Shown piece after piece: positions 33,930-33,971 of a DNA stretch of 33,971 nucleotides. Position 1 is the first letter of the stretch. Every line of letters starts with the position of its first letter. Below the pieces are notes generated by a model. The model saw only the letters and a list, made by a program, of their open reading frames with translations. It made no database searches and had not been told where the DNA came from. The position numbers were made by a program, and so were the translations under genes. The stretch comes from a virus (Duplodnaviria > Caudoviricetes). The stretch is taken from the IMG/VR virus record IMGVR_UViG_3300048032_000483, positions 1-33,971 of that record, one strand, 5' to 3'.

Positions 33930-33971
33930 AGGCAAAGAAGTACAGCAACTTCCGGAAGGTTGTATAGGATT
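33907..33971 (+). CDS. N-terminal fragment of a probable GIY-YIG (Seg-like) nuclease-family protein
   Basis: Not in the ORF track. MTTPWTYEGKEVQQLPEGCIG(F) resembles the W-x-Y-x-G...P...GFVY lead-in of phage GIY-YIG-like proteins. Truncated by the window end. Confidence 0.45.
   Translation, partial: MTTPWTYEGKEVQQLPEGCIG

Noticed and set aside
1-33971. Stop-codon reassignment, as seen in some large phages
   Set aside because: Genes are full length and tightly packed in the standard code, and TAA, TAG and TGA all terminate genes at sensible positions.
1-33971. CRISPR array, tRNA or structured ncRNA
   Set aside because: Intergenic gaps are all under about 100 bp and are explained by promoters and RBSs. 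No periodic nucleotide repeats were seen.

Overview
This is an AT-rich, gene-dense fragment of a large T4-like (myovirus, probably jumbo-type) dsDNA phage genome, read in the standard genetic code. I saw no tRNA, rRNA, CRISPR array or IS element. There are three blocks. (1) From 30078 to the end, on the + strand, is a sigma70-driven operon: gp55-like late sigma factor, gp47 (Mre11/SbcD), gp46 (Rad50/SbcC), a small ORF and the start of a probable GIY-YIG-like gene. (2) From 29985 to 6338, on the - strand, is a late structural operon with TAAATA-type promoters. It encodes an HxGH nucleotidyltransferase, gp48/54-like and gp53-like proteins, a hub protein with an N-terminal lysozyme-like domain, a gp5-like spike, a degenerate lysozyme, an HNH nuclease, gp25, gp6, a 3562-aa baseplate/wedge protein and three tail-fibre/baseplate proteins. 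(3) From 6280 to 1, on the - strand, is a tightly coupled operon behind a near-consensus sigma70 promoter. It encodes a small tail-chaperone-like protein, two paralogous GT-A glycosyltransferases (one lacking DxD), an internally duplicated unknown protein, a third GT-like protein, ThyX, a radical SAM enzyme with an N-terminal Twitch-like Cys cluster and an SGNH-type protein. Block 3 is the best candidate for an undescribed system, either glycan decoration of the virion/tail fibres or DNA hypermodification. All family assignments come from motifs recognised by eye, not from database searches.
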